Positions 38,345-47,575 of a stretch of 60,119 nucleotides of DNA are shown here, piece after piece. The position numbers and the translations under genes were made by a program. This DNA is from Pseudomonadota bacterium (GTDB lineage Bacteria > Pseudomonadota > Gammaproteobacteria > Pseudomonadales > Pseudohongiellaceae): the NCBI GenBank assembly GCA_041175045.1, contig JBEDFR010000123.1, positions 1-60,119 of the forward strand, in the 5' to 3' direction. Below the pieces are notes generated by a model. It made no database searches. It was not told the DNA's origin and saw nothing but the letters and a program-made list of their open reading frames with translations. Every line of letters begins with the position of its first letter. The stretch's first letter is position 1.

Positions 38345-38683
38345 TCAGCAGCTTTGTTCATCGTCCCTTGCTCCTGGCGCCGCGGGTGCGGCTTGCGCCC
38401 AGCCCAGCGACGCGATCGTCAACTCACCTGCAATCAATCGCAACTTCTGCTCTCGCGGCAACTTCTTCACGCGATGCTCCAGCACACTGGCCTGCGCTCG
38501 CGTCCCCGCTGCCGTCCTGTATACCAGCTCCAGCGGGCCTTTGCCTCGCAGATATCGCGACGCCTGCGGGCCACCTCGCACGTGTTCGGCGAAGCGACGC
38601 TCGACATCGGTGCTGATGCCGGCGTACAGACTGCCGCGGCAACAGCGGATCATGTACAGATGCCAGCCCGAATCAGCGCCCAT
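38345..38683 (-). CDS. GIY-YIG nuclease family protein (YhbQ/UPF0213-like)
   Basis: ATG at 38683 preceded by AGGGAG. WHLYMIRCCRGSLYAGISTDVERRFAEH...RYLRGKGPLELVY...ASVLEHRVKKL is the GIY-YIG motif. Confidence 0.8.
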   Translation of the reverse strand: MGADSGWHLYMIRCCRGSLYAGISTDVERRFAEHVRGGPQASRYLRGKGPLELVYRTAAGTRAQASVLEHRVKKLPREQKLRLIAGELTIASLGWAQAAPAAPGARDDEQSC

Positions 38684-39521
38684 GCGCAACTCCCTGCCAC
38701 AGGGCATCAACCTGGCGAGCGCGGCCTTCGGCCTCCAGTTTCAGCAGATGGGCCAGCAAGGTGCGGCAGGCAAGGGGCAGCAGGGCCGGGGCGATGTCGT
38801 CGTAGACCAGGCTGGCCAGAGCCTGCAGTGACAAAGGCTGCCGCTGCGCCACCAGCACGCCCAGCAGCTTGCTCTCGCGGCGTGCCCGGTGGCGCAGCAG
38901 GGTTTCGATGACCTGGAGCGGCTCATGCATCATTCGACCGTGCGCCGGCGCCAGGGCCTGCAGGGGCAATGATCCGAGACTTTCGAGGGACCGCAGATAC
39001 TGCCGCATGCAGCCATCCGGCGGCGCGATCACGGGCGTCATGCCATCCAGGATATGATCTCCGGTGAACAGCAGCCCATCCTGCTCCAGCAGAAAGCACA
39101 GATGATTGGAGACATGCCCCGGGGTGTGGATCAATCGCATGCTGAACCCGTCACAGTGGATGCACTCACCATCGTAAAAGGGCCGCGTGGCGCAAAAGGA
39201 CGGGTCCTGGCCGCTGCCGGGTGGCGGAGGCAGGCCGATGACCTGTGCCCCGGTACGCGCCTGCAGCGGGGCGGCTCCGGGCGAGTGATCCCCGTGGGTA
39301 TGAGTGACGAATATCCAGTTGATGGGGCGCTCTCCAGCAAAGTCCAGGATTGCCTGCAGGTGCTGAGGATCGACCGGACCCGGGTCCACCACTGCCAGAC
39401 GTTGCTCGCCAACAAGGTAGGAATTGGTGCCAGGCCCCGTCATCGGACCAGCATTGCGGGCGAGCAGACAGTGCACCGGCACACTGCCGCCTGCCACAGC
39501 AACTGGCACGCCTGCAATCAT
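38673..39521 (-). CDS. MBL-fold metallo-hydrolase
   Basis: ...GTNSYLVGEQRLAVVDPGP...IFVTHTHGDHSPGA (HxHxDH)...IHTPGHVSNH. Confidence 0.85.
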   Translation of the reverse strand: MIAGVPVAVAGGSVPVHCLLARNAGPMTGPGTNSYLVGEQRLAVVDPGPVDPQHLQAILDFAGERPINWIFVTHTHGDHSPGAAPLQARTGAQVIGLPPPPGSGQDPSFCATRPFYDGECIHCDGFSMRLIHTPGHVSNHLCFLLEQDGLLFTGDHILDGMTPVIAPPDGCMRQYLRSLESLGSLPLQALAPAHGRMMHEPLQVIETLLRHRARRESKLLGVLVAQRQPLSLQALASLVYDDIAPALLPLACRTLLAHLLKLEAEGRARQVDALWQGVAHGR

Positions 39522-39814
39522 CTTCTGTGCTCCGGTCGGGCGGGCCGCTGCCCGCGATGCGACGCATGATAGCCGGATTGCGACGGGGCGAGAAACGCGG
39601 CGTGCAGTCGTTCACCCCACTCGCGCGACTTCAGCCTGAGCTGGCTTTCCGACCCGTTTCGGGATATAAAGTGCGCCTTCAAAAACCCCGGCGCGTAGCT
39701 CGATCGATCCTTTTTCCTGTCCTCCGTGCACCTGGCTTCACTCAGGGCTTCGACGAAGTTTTCCGCTCCATACGTGCCCAGATCGCTGCTCGCAGCGCAT
39801 GCAAGGTAACCGCG

Positions 39815-40993
39815 ATGTACAAGATCCAGACTTTCAACCAGATTTCCCCCAAGGGCCTCGTGCGCTTCAACAGCAGCTATGAAGTGGGTGCCGGCCTCGG
39901 CGACGCCGATGCCATCCTGGTGCGCAGCCACAAGCTGCAGGACAGCGACGCCAATCCCAATCTGAAGGCCGTGGCCCGTGCCGGCGCCGGCGTGAACAAT
40001 GTGCCCGTGGCCAGCTACACCGAGAAAGGCATCGTCGTGTTCAACACCCCGGGCGCCAACGCCAATGCCGTGAAGGAGCTGGTGCTGTGCGGCCTGCTGC
40101 TGTCCTCGCGCGGCATCCTGCCGGGCATCGCCTACGTCAATTCCCTGCACGAAATGCAGGACAACGCCGCGATGTCCAAACTGCTGGAGCAGGAGAAGAG
40201 CCGCTTCAAGGGCTCGGAGATCGCTGGCAAGACCCTGGGCATTGTTGGTCTGGGCGCCATCGGCTCCCTGGTGGCGGAAATGGCGATCGGCCTGGGCATG
40301 AAGGTGCTGGGCTATGACCCGGCGCTGTCCGTGGACGCCGCCTGGCGTCTGCCGAACCAGGTGCGCAAGATCGAGAACCTGACTGCCCTGCTGGTGAACT
40401 CCGACTTCGTGAGCCTGCATCTGCCGGTGCTCGACTCCACCCGCAACCTGATCGACGCGGCGGCCGTGGCGAACATGAAGCCCGGACTGTGCCTGCTCAA
40501 CTTCTCCCGTGACGAGATCGTCAACACCCAGGCCATCGTCGACGGCCTCGACAAGAAGCGCCTGCGCATGTACGTCAGCGATTTCCCCTGCAAGGAGCTG
40601 ATCGGCCGCGACGACGTCATTCTGATGCCGCATATCGGGGCGAGCACGGACGAAGCGGAGGACAACTGCGCCGTGATGGCCGCCGACCAGCTGATGGACT
40701 TCCTGGAGAACGGCAATATCCGCAACTCCGTGAATTTCCCGAGCGTGGCGCTCGACCGCGCCCCCGGCGCCGCACGCGGCACGCGTCTGGCCATCAGCAA
40801 CAAGAACGTGCCCAAGATGCTGGGCCAGATCCTGTCGATTCTTGCCAACCAGAACCTCAACGTGGTGGACATGATCAACAAGAGTCGCAACGAGATTGCC
40901 TACAACCTGATCGACGTCGAGTCGCGCCCCTCCGATGCGGTGCTGGCCGAGATTGCCGCGGTCCAGGATGTGATCAAGGTGAGCGTGCTCTGA
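39815..40993 (+). CDS. serA: D-3-phosphoglycerate dehydrogenase SerA (with C-terminal ACT domain)
   Basis: ATG at 39815 within ORF 39350..40993. MYKIQTFNQISPKGL..., GKTLGIVGLGAIGSLVA (NAD site), ...HIGASTDEA. Confidence 0.9.
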   Translation: MYKIQTFNQISPKGLVRFNSSYEVGAGLGDADAILVRSHKLQDSDANPNLKAVARAGAGVNNVPVASYTEKGIVVFNTPGANANAVKELVLCGLLLSSRGILPGIAYVNSLHEMQDNAAMSKLLEQEKSRFKGSEIAGKTLGIVGLGAIGSLVAEMAIGLGMKVLGYDPALSVDAAWRLPNQVRKIENLTALLVNSDFVSLHLPVLDSTRNLIDAAAVANMKPGLCLLNFSRDEIVNTQAIVDGLDKKRLRMYVSDFPCKELIGRDDVILMPHIGASTDEAEDNCAVMAADQLMDFLENGNIRNSVNFPSVALDRAPGAARGTRLAISNKNVPKMLGQILSILANQNLNVVDMINKSRNEIAYNLIDVESRPSDAVLAEIAAVQDVIKVSVL

Positions 40994-41042
40994 GAGCGCG
41001 CCACGGGCACCACGAATCACCCATTGCAAACAGGAAATCACC

Positions 41043-42131
41043 ATGAAACGTGTATACAACTTCGGGGCCGGTCCGGCCATGTTGCCACTGCCCGTGCTGG
41101 AGAAGGCCAGAGACGAGTTTCTGGACTGGAACGGCCTGGGCATGTCCGTCATCGAAGTCAGCCACCGCAGCGCGGAGTTCGAAGCCCTGCTGACCGAGAC
41201 TGACACTCTGTTGCGCGAACTGGCCGGCTTGCCGGACAACTTCGACATTCTCTACGTGCACGGCAGCGCGCAGATGCAGTTCGCCGCCATCCCGCTGAAC
41301 CTGATGCCGCTCAAGAGCGCGCACAAGGCTGCTTTCATCGAGAGTGGTCACTGGACCGTGCTGGCCCGCAAGGAGGCCGCGCGCTACGGCAAGGCCGTCA
41401 CGGTTGCCAGCAGCGAGGCGAGCAACTTCAATCACATTCCCGACTACGAAGTGTCCACGCTGGATGCGGACACTTCCTATGTCCACATCACCAGCAACAA
41501 CACGCTGTTCGGCACGCGCTGGAACGAATTCCCCGACACCGGCGACATCCCGCTGGTGGCCGACATGACCTCCGAGCTGATGTCCCGCGTCATCGACTAC
41601 AACAAGTTCGGCCTGGTGTTCGCCGGTCTGCAGAAGAACCTCGGCCCCTCTGGCATGGCCGCCGTGATGATCCGCAAGGACCTCATCGGCCACGCCATGC
41701 CGCAGACACCGAATCTGCTCAACTACGACACCTACGCCAAAAACCACTCCATGCCCAACACCATCAACACCTTCGCCGTGTACATGATGAACCTGGTGCT
41801 GAAGTGGCTGAAGGACCAGGGCGGCGTGCCGGCAATCGAGAAGATCAATGCGCAGAAGGCGCAGCTGATCTATGACGCGATCGATGCCACCGACTTCTAT
41901 CGCGGCGCGGCCCAGAAAGCCCACCGCTCGCACATGAACATCACCTTCACGCTGGCAGACAGTGCGCTGGACAAGGCCTTCCTGAGTGAAGCCGAGGCCC
42001 GCGGCCTGTACGCCCTGAAGGGGCACCGTGTGGTGGGCGGCATGCGCGCCTCCATTTACAACGCCATGCCGCTGGCAGGCTGCCAGGCGCTGGTGGACTT
42101 CATGCAGGACTTCGAGCGCCGCCACGGCTGA
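41043..42131 (+). CDS. serC: phosphoserine aminotransferase SerC
   Basis: MKRVYNFGAGPAMLPLPVLEKA...VIEVSHRS.EF...GLQKNLGPSGMA... Confidence 0.95.
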   Translation: MKRVYNFGAGPAMLPLPVLEKARDEFLDWNGLGMSVIEVSHRSAEFEALLTETDTLLRELAGLPDNFDILYVHGSAQMQFAAIPLNLMPLKSAHKAAFIESGHWTVLARKEAARYGKAVTVASSEASNFNHIPDYEVSTLDADTSYVHITSNNTLFGTRWNEFPDTGDIPLVADMTSELMSRVIDYNKFGLVFAGLQKNLGPSGMAAVMIRKDLIGHAMPQTPNLLNYDTYAKNHSMPNTINTFAVYMMNLVLKWLKDQGGVPAIEKINAQKAQLIYDAIDATDFYRGAAQKAHRSHMNITFTLADSALDKAFLSEAEARGLYALKGHRVVGGMRASIYNAMPLAGCQALVDFMQDFERRHG

Positions 42132-42160
42132 GCCGTCGTGATCGAGCCGGACTCCAGCAA

Positions 42161-42212
42161 CACAAAGGGGTCAGAGACACCTGCCAGGGCAGGTGTCTCT
42201 GACCCCTTTGTG
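42161..42212. repeat. perfect 52-nt palindrome (25-nt arms), REP-like / terminator-like
   Basis: cacaaaGGGGTCAGAGACacctgcc-ag-ggcaggtGTCTCTGACCCCtttgtg. Starts 30 nt after the serC stop. The 3' arm ends with the GTG that is the most plausible dinB start. Confidence 0.9.
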
Positions 42213-43313
42213 CTTGACCCGCCCCGCAAGATCATTCACTGCGACTGCGACTGTTTCTACGCCTCCATCGAGACCCGCGACAACCCTTCCCTGCTCGGCA
42301 AGCCCGTGGCGGTCGGCGGTCGCCCGGAACAGCGCGGCGTGGTCGCCACCTGCAATTACGAAGCCCGTCGCTACGGCGTGCACTCCGCCATGCCCATGGC
42401 CACCGCGCTGCGCAAGTGCCCGCCGCTGATCGTCATTCACCCGCGCATGGACAAGTACCGTGAAGCCTCGGCGGCGGTGCACCGCATCTTCCGCGACTAC
42501 ACCGATCTGATCGAGCCGCTGTCGCTGGACGAAGCCTATCTCGATGTCAGCGCCGCCACGGCCTGCCAAGGCAGCGCCACGCTCATTGCGCGCGAGATCC
42601 GCCAACGCGTACGGGAGACCATCGGTATCACGCTCTCCGCCGGCATCGCCCCCAACAAGTTCATCGCCAAGATCGCCAGCGACTGGAACAAGCCCGACGG
42701 CCAGTTCGTCGTCAAACCCCATGAGGTGGACGCCTTCGTGCGGGCTCTGCCAGTGAAGAAGCTCTTCGGCGTGGGCAAGGTCACCGCCGCCCGTCTGAAT
42801 GCCCTGGGCATCCACACCTGCGAGGACCTGCGGGCCCTCGACGAGGCCGCACTGAGCGAACACTTCGGCAGCTTCGGCAGCAGTCTCTTCAGACTCTGCC
42901 GTGGCATCGACGAGCGGCCGGTGGTCACCGACCGCACGCGCAAGTCCCTGAGCGTCGAGAACACCTTTGCGGTGGATCTGCCCTCTCTCGACGCCGTGCT
43001 GGCCGAACTGCCCCAGCTGCATCGCCAGATGCTCGCCCGCCTGCAGAACGCCCTGGCGCAGTACCGGGTCAGCAAGAGATTCCTCAAGCTGAAATTCGAC
43101 AATTTCGTCTCCACCACCATCGAAGCCGCGTCGTCAGGGACAGACCTCGCCGGCTATGAACAGCTGTGCCGCGAGGCCCATGCACGGGGCGACCGGCCGG
43201 TGCGGCTGATCGGCCTCGGCGTGCGTCTGGAACCGCTGGGGGGCGTGCAGCAAAGCGCGTCCCCCTACGCCGTGCATCCCGAGCGACGGCAGCTGCCCCT
43301 GCCTCTGGAATGA
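42210..43313 (+). CDS. dinB: DNA polymerase IV DinB
   Basis: (V)LDPPRKIIHCDCDCFYASIETRDNPSLLGKPVAVGG... is the canonical Pol IV N-terminus. GTG 42210 gives a normal-length protein. The track start GTG 42138 would add 24 aa translated through the palindrome. Confidence 0.85.
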   Translation: MLDPPRKIIHCDCDCFYASIETRDNPSLLGKPVAVGGRPEQRGVVATCNYEARRYGVHSAMPMATALRKCPPLIVIHPRMDKYREASAAVHRIFRDYTDLIEPLSLDEAYLDVSAATACQGSATLIAREIRQRVRETIGITLSAGIAPNKFIAKIASDWNKPDGQFVVKPHEVDAFVRALPVKKLFGVGKVTAARLNALGIHTCEDLRALDEAALSEHFGSFGSSLFRLCRGIDERPVVTDRTRKSLSVENTFAVDLPSLDAVLAELPQLHRQMLARLQNALAQYRVSKRFLKLKFDNFVSTTIEAASSGTDLAGYEQLCREAHARGDRPVRLIGLGVRLEPLGGVQQSASPYAVHPERRQLPLPLE

Positions 43314-43372
43314 TGCCAAGCCGGCGGAATTCGGCTATCGTGCCAGCCTGACCCCGGCCGCAGACAACAACG

Positions 43373-43876
43373 ATGGCAGACGAAAAACCCCGCCCCCGCA
43401 TCTCCAACTACATCACCGTCGAGGGCGAGCAGCGCCTGCGTGACGAGCTCACCCACCTCTGGCGCGTCGAGCGCCCGATTGTGACCCAGCAGGTGGCCGA
43501 TGCTGCCGCGCTGGGGGACCGCTCCGAGAACGCGGAATACATTTACGGCAAGAAACGGCTGCGCGAGATCGACCGCCGTGTGCGCCATCTGCGCAAGCGC
43601 CTGGAACTGCTGACCGTGGTGGACAAGCCGCCGAGCGATCCTTCGCGCATCTATTTCGGCGCCTGGGTGACCCTGGAAGACGACGAGGGCAGGGAACATG
43701 AGTTCCGTCTGGTGGGACAGGACGAGATCGCCGAGAAGCCCGGCTACATCAGCGTGGACGCCCCCCTGGGCCGCGCCCTGCTGGGCAAGGCGCAGGACAG
43801 CGAAGTCAGCATCGAGACGCCGAGCGGTCGACGTGACTGGTATGTACTGCGCGTGTCCTATCAGGGTGCCCGATGA
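43373..43876 (+). CDS. greB: transcription elongation factor GreB
   Basis: NYITVEGEQRLRDELTHLWRVERPIVTQQVADAAALGDRSENAEYIYGKKRLREIDRRVRHL... Confidence 0.9.
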   Translation: MADEKPRPRISNYITVEGEQRLRDELTHLWRVERPIVTQQVADAAALGDRSENAEYIYGKKRLREIDRRVRHLRKRLELLTVVDKPPSDPSRIYFGAWVTLEDDEGREHEFRLVGQDEIAEKPGYISVDAPLGRALLGKAQDSEVSIETPSGRRDWYVLRVSYQGAR

Positions 43877-44871
43877 AACATGTCACCCTGCTGGCAATCG
43901 AGAACGCGCTGGCCTCCAGCATCACCATTCCCTTGGAGATGATCGAGGCCGCCGAGGTGATTCAGCGCATCCGGCTGCGCCGTCGGGACCAGCACCGTTT
44001 CGTGATCGCCAGTGCCGACGGCGCGGCGCTGCCCATGGTCGGCGGCATCCGCGTACAGCCTGAACTCGGTCTCGCTGCGATTGTCCACACCGATCTGATC
44101 TTCATTCCCGCACTGTGGGGCAACCCCAATGCCGTGGTGCAGGCCAACCCAGCCATCACGGCTTGGCTGCGCAGACAGTACGAGCAGGGCGCGACCCTCT
44201 GCAGCGTGGGCACCGGCAGCTATTTCCTGGCCGAAGCCGGCCTGCTCGATGGCCGCAATGCCACCACGCACTGGTATTACTTCGATGATTTCCGCAAGCG
44301 TTACCCACGCGTGACGCTGCAGCGCAAACGCTTCATTACTCATGCCGATCGGCTTTACTGCACGGGCAGCGTCAACGCAGTACGCGACGTCACGCTGCAT
44401 TTTGTGGAACGGCTGTTTACGTCTGCGATAGCCGACGAGGTGTCGCACCACTTTACTCACGAACTCAAGCGCTCCTACGAATCCATGCTGCTCGCCAGCG
44501 AGGAAAAGGACACGCACCACGACGAGCAGATCATCAAGATCCAGGAGTGGTTGAAGAAGCATTACCAGAGGGACGTGACACTCAGGAGCCTGGCGGCGCA
44601 GTTTGACATCAGCGTGCGGTCTTTCAATCGGCGCTTTCGTCTGGCCGCGGGCCAGACACCGCTGCAGTACTTGCAGGAAGTACGCCTGCAACAGTCCAAG
44701 GCGCTGCTCAAGCAAAGCAATCTGAGCATTGCGGAAATCGCGTTCGCGGTGGGCTATCAGGACACCAGTCATTTCTCGGCGCTGTTCAAGCGCGTCAACG
44801 CCATCACGCCGAATGAATACCGGCATCTGGTGCGCACGAAACTGTTCAACGTGGAAGCGGAAACGCTCTGA
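43873..44871 (+). CDS. GlxA-family AraC-type transcriptional regulator (DJ-1/PfpI-like N-domain + HTH)
   Basis: N-terminal GATase1-like domain and C-terminal AraC HTH (...IAEIAFAVGYQDTSHFSALFKRVNAITPNEYR). ATGA overlap with the greB stop. Confidence 0.85.
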   Translation: MKHVTLLAIENALASSITIPLEMIEAAEVIQRIRLRRRDQHRFVIASADGAALPMVGGIRVQPELGLAAIVHTDLIFIPALWGNPNAVVQANPAITAWLRRQYEQGATLCSVGTGSYFLAEAGLLDGRNATTHWYYFDDFRKRYPRVTLQRKRFITHADRLYCTGSVNAVRDVTLHFVERLFTSAIADEVSHHFTHELKRSYESMLLASEEKDTHHDEQIIKIQEWLKKHYQRDVTLRSLAAQFDISVRSFNRRFRLAAGQTPLQYLQEVRLQQSKALLKQSNLSIAEIAFAVGYQDTSHFSALFKRVNAITPNEYRHLVRTKLFNVEAETL

Positions 44872-44900
44872 GACTGCCAGGCAGGTCGGGTCTGTCGACG

Positions 44901-44947
44901 CTGCAGGTCCGTGCTAGGCCCCAGAGGAGCTGAGCACGGACCTGCAG
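44901..44947. terminator. hairpin between convergent genes
   Basis: ctgcaggtccgtgct (44901-44915) and agcacggacctgcag (44933-44947): 15-bp perfect stem with a 17-nt loop, between the AraC stop and the DUF1244 stop. Confidence 0.5.
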
Positions 44948-44964
44948 GGTCTCTGCCTTGCACA

Positions 44965-45231
44965 CTATTGGGGAGTGACGGGCAGCTGGAACTTTTCTTT
45001 CCACTGCGCGTAAGGCATGCCATACACCATTTCCCGGGCCGCTTCGTAGTCCACTGCCAACCCGTTTTCCTGGGCGGCCGCGGCATACCATTTGGCCAGG
45101 CAGTTGCGACAGAACCCGGCGAGGTTCATCAGGTCGATGTTCTGGACCTGCTTGTTGTCATCCAGGTGCTGGAGCAGACGACGAAAGGCCGCGGCTTCAA
45201 GTTCCATGCGCTGTTGTTCTGTCAGTGACAT
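44965..45231 (-). CDS. DUF1244 domain-containing protein
   Basis: ...LEAAAFRRLLQHLDDNKQVQNIDLMNLAGFCRNCLAKWY... is the DUF1244 pattern. Confidence 0.8.
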   Translation of the reverse strand: MSLTEQQRMELEAAAFRRLLQHLDDNKQVQNIDLMNLAGFCRNCLAKWYAAAAQENGLAVDYEAAREMVYGMPYAQWKEKFQLPVTPQ

Positions 45232-45255
45232 ACCTGCGTTCCTGTACTGCGCTGC

Positions 45256-45648
45256 TCAGGCGGCAACGCTCTGCATAGTAGGGACATCGGGCACCCCCTC
45301 GAAGTTCTCCACTTCCAGGGTAGCCTTGCGATGTTTCTTGTCGGTGGCCTTGAGCTGACGTTCGGCGGCATTGAAGGCATCGCGCACGGCCACGTAGATG
45401 TCCTCGTGCTGCGGCTTGTCATGCTGACCCTGCTTGACAATCACTTCGCGCGACGCGGTGTGAATCTCGATGGTGACGCTGAAGACCTTGCCTTTGTAGT
45501 GATTGTTGTGCGGACAATCGAGAACGACGCGGCCTCCGATGATGTCGTTGCTGAAGCGCTGCAGTTTCTGGATGCGCTTGTTGACGTTCGCGGTCAACGC
45601 GGGTGACTGGTCGATATTGTGAAAAACAATCTGGAATTCGTTGGTCAT
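45256..45648 (-). CDS. HPF/RaiA-family ribosome-associated protein
   Basis: 130 aa. IVFHNIDQSPALTANVNKRIQKLQRFSNDIIGGRVVL...VTIEIH...DIYVAVRDAFNAAERQLK is the S30AE/sigma54-modulation-protein fold pattern. Confidence 0.7.
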   Translation of the reverse strand: MTNEFQIVFHNIDQSPALTANVNKRIQKLQRFSNDIIGGRVVLDCPHNNHYKGKVFSVTIEIHTASREVIVKQGQHDKPQHEDIYVAVRDAFNAAERQLKATDKKHRKATLEVENFEGVPDVPTMQSVAA

Positions 45649-45780
45649 TGCGAAAATCTCCTAGTTGTCGTTGCACGTGGCTTGTTGTCTCAATGCTGCT
45701 TCTGTCGTGCCCTCCCCGTCGTTGATCTGTCGCAAGTTCTGCGACGCCTGTTGATGAATGTGGTGTGTGTCGTCCGCAAT

Positions 45781-46815
45781 TCAATACCCGGCCAGTCGAT
45801 CGGCAAGGTGGCCGATGGACAGCGCATAATTGTTCGCACAGTTGTAGCGCAGAATGGCCCGGAAATTCTGATAGGTCAGGAAGGCACGCCCCTCGGGCCC
45901 GTCGGGCAGAATGATCGACGCCAGGAAATCATTGCCCGGCAGGTCGCTGCCGTCGATGCGGCGCACGCCGATCTGCTGCCACTGCGCCAGCGGCAGCATC
46001 TGGGTGTGATGACGGACGACGCTGCAGGAATGCTGGGCCGGCGGCTGCAGCCATTGACTGGCGCGGGCCTGGTAGTCCGCGGGCAGCTGCACCTCACGCC
46101 CCCAGGTCTGGTCGTCACGCCAGTCGGCGGCTTTCAGGTACTGGGCGATGGAGGCGAACACATCGGCCGGTGTGGTCCAGATGTCGCGCCGGCCGTCGCC
46201 ATCGAAATCCTGGGCGTACTGCACGAAGCTGGAGGGCATGAACTGACTCTGACCCATGGCGCCTGCCCAGGAGCCCTTCATGTCGGCATGGGCGATGTGG
46301 CCTTCGTTGAGAATCTGCAGGGCACTGAAGAGTTCACGCCGGAAATAGTCGGCGCGGCGCGGGTCATAGGCCAGCGTCACCAGCGCTCGAATGACGTCGG
46401 TGCCGCCGGTGAAATTGCCGTAGTTGGTCTCGATGCCCCAGAAGGCGACGATGAAGCGCGGTTCCACGCCGTAATGGGCGCCGACCTGCTCGAGCAGTTC
46501 GCGGTGCTGCGCGAGGCGGGCGCGCCCGGTGTCGATACGCCACTGGGTGACGCGTTTCTCGAGGTATTGTTCGAAGGTCTCGGTGAATTCGGCCTGGCTG
46601 CGGTCATTGCTGATGACCTGGGGAATGGGGGTGACGGGCACCAGCGCCTGCTGGATGATGTCCTCGCGAATGCCCTGCTCCCGGGCCTCGGCAACGACGA
46701 TGGCGAGCCAGTCTTCGAATGGCAACTGCGGCTCCTGCGCCAGGGTCCGGAGCGAGGCGACGAGCATCAGCAGTGCGAGCAGACACTTCCCTGCGGCGAG
46801 TCCAGCGGTTTGCAT
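45781..46815 (-). CDS. mltB: lytic murein transglycosylase (MltB-like)
   Basis: ATG at 46815 follows AAGGAG (track start 46839). ...FWGIETNYG...GAMGQSQFMPSSF..YAQDFDGDGRRDIW... Confidence 0.85.
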   Translation of the reverse strand: MQTAGLAAGKCLLALLMLVASLRTLAQEPQLPFEDWLAIVVAEAREQGIREDIIQQALVPVTPIPQVISNDRSQAEFTETFEQYLEKRVTQWRIDTGRARLAQHRELLEQVGAHYGVEPRFIVAFWGIETNYGNFTGGTDVIRALVTLAYDPRRADYFRRELFSALQILNEGHIAHADMKGSWAGAMGQSQFMPSSFVQYAQDFDGDGRRDIWTTPADVFASIAQYLKAADWRDDQTWGREVQLPADYQARASQWLQPPAQHSCSVVRHHTQMLPLAQWQQIGVRRIDGSDLPGNDFLASIILPDGPEGRAFLTYQNFRAILRYNCANNYALSIGHLADRLAGY

Positions 46816-46869
46816 GCTCTCTCCTTGTTCCTCTTTCATCCGCAGCCTATCCCATCGTTTCAGACTTGT

Positions 46870-47400
46870 TCAAGTCGAACAGCACCAGTGCCAGGGCTCG
46901 TAGCAGATGCCCGTGTGGTTGTCGCGCGGATAGCTCAACGTGAAGCCGAAGGCAGCTCCACGAGACATCAGCCAGGCAAAGGCGGGCGTGTTCTCGAAGG
47001 GCTCTTCGAGATCCGGGCAGCCGGGCGTGCCGATGTCGATTGCGCGGCCGGTGTGGTGCTCGCTGTAGCCCGGTGCAGCATTGACCCGCAGGATCTGCTC
47101 CAGGCTGCGACCGGCCTCGCGCTTGCGGCGGATGAGCTGGGCCTGGTAATCGACGCTGCGAAAGGCCGACACCAGATGCAGCACGATGTCGTCTGCCGCC
47201 GCCGCCTGCTTCATGGCCTGCCAGGCAGCAAGGGTCTGGGGCGTCAGGCGCAGCACACGCCCGTGCACGTCGGGCTCGGTGTCCACCAGGGTCTGCGCCT
47301 CCTCGCAAAGGCAGAGCGGCGTGGTCCGGGCATAGTCAGCGGGGATGCCCAGCGCCTGGTGCAGCTGGTGGAGGCGTTGCAGATAGTCGGCAGTGATCAT
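46870..47400 (-). CDS. M15-family (VanY-like) D-alanyl-D-alanine carboxypeptidase
   Basis: ...VSAFRSVDYQ...PGYSEHHTGRAIDI...EPWHW are zinc-peptidase motifs (SxHxxGxAxD, ExWH). Confidence 0.8.
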   Translation of the reverse strand: MITADYLQRLHQLHQALGIPADYARTTPLCLCEEAQTLVDTEPDVHGRVLRLTPQTLAAWQAMKQAAAADDIVLHLVSAFRSVDYQAQLIRRKREAGRSLEQILRVNAAPGYSEHHTGRAIDIGTPGCPDLEEPFENTPAFAWLMSRGAAFGFTLSYPRDNHTGICYEPWHWCCST

Positions 47401-47575
47401 GGGGCTATGCTATAGCGTCGGCGCGCGGACGCGCAATGCGCAAGGCGGCGGTCACGTGGCCCACATGGCCAGCGCCTGGTGGCCAGAATGGGCAGCAAAC
47501 TGTCTATTTTGCCATAGTTACACGCGGGTGCGTCTCACTATAGTAGCGACGCCTTCACGCCACAGGGGACTCCAC

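Noticed and set aside
39518-41248. 576-aa minus-strand ORF
   Set aside because: It is antisense to serA and the start of serC. It is His/Gly/Ala/Val/Gln-rich low-complexity sequence, whereas serA/serC are unambiguous on the plus strand.
42100-42215. SOS (LexA) box upstream of dinB
   Set aside because: I looked for CTGT-N8-ACAG / CTG-N10-CAG-type palindromes. Only CTG-N6-CAG occurs, inside the big palindrome, and it does not fit the gammaproteobacterial LexA consensus.
45619-47415. 598-aa plus-strand ORF
   Set aside because: It is antisense to the mltB-like and VanY-like genes, both of which have clear catalytic motifs. Its composition is Gly/Ala/Arg/Leu-biased and motif-free.
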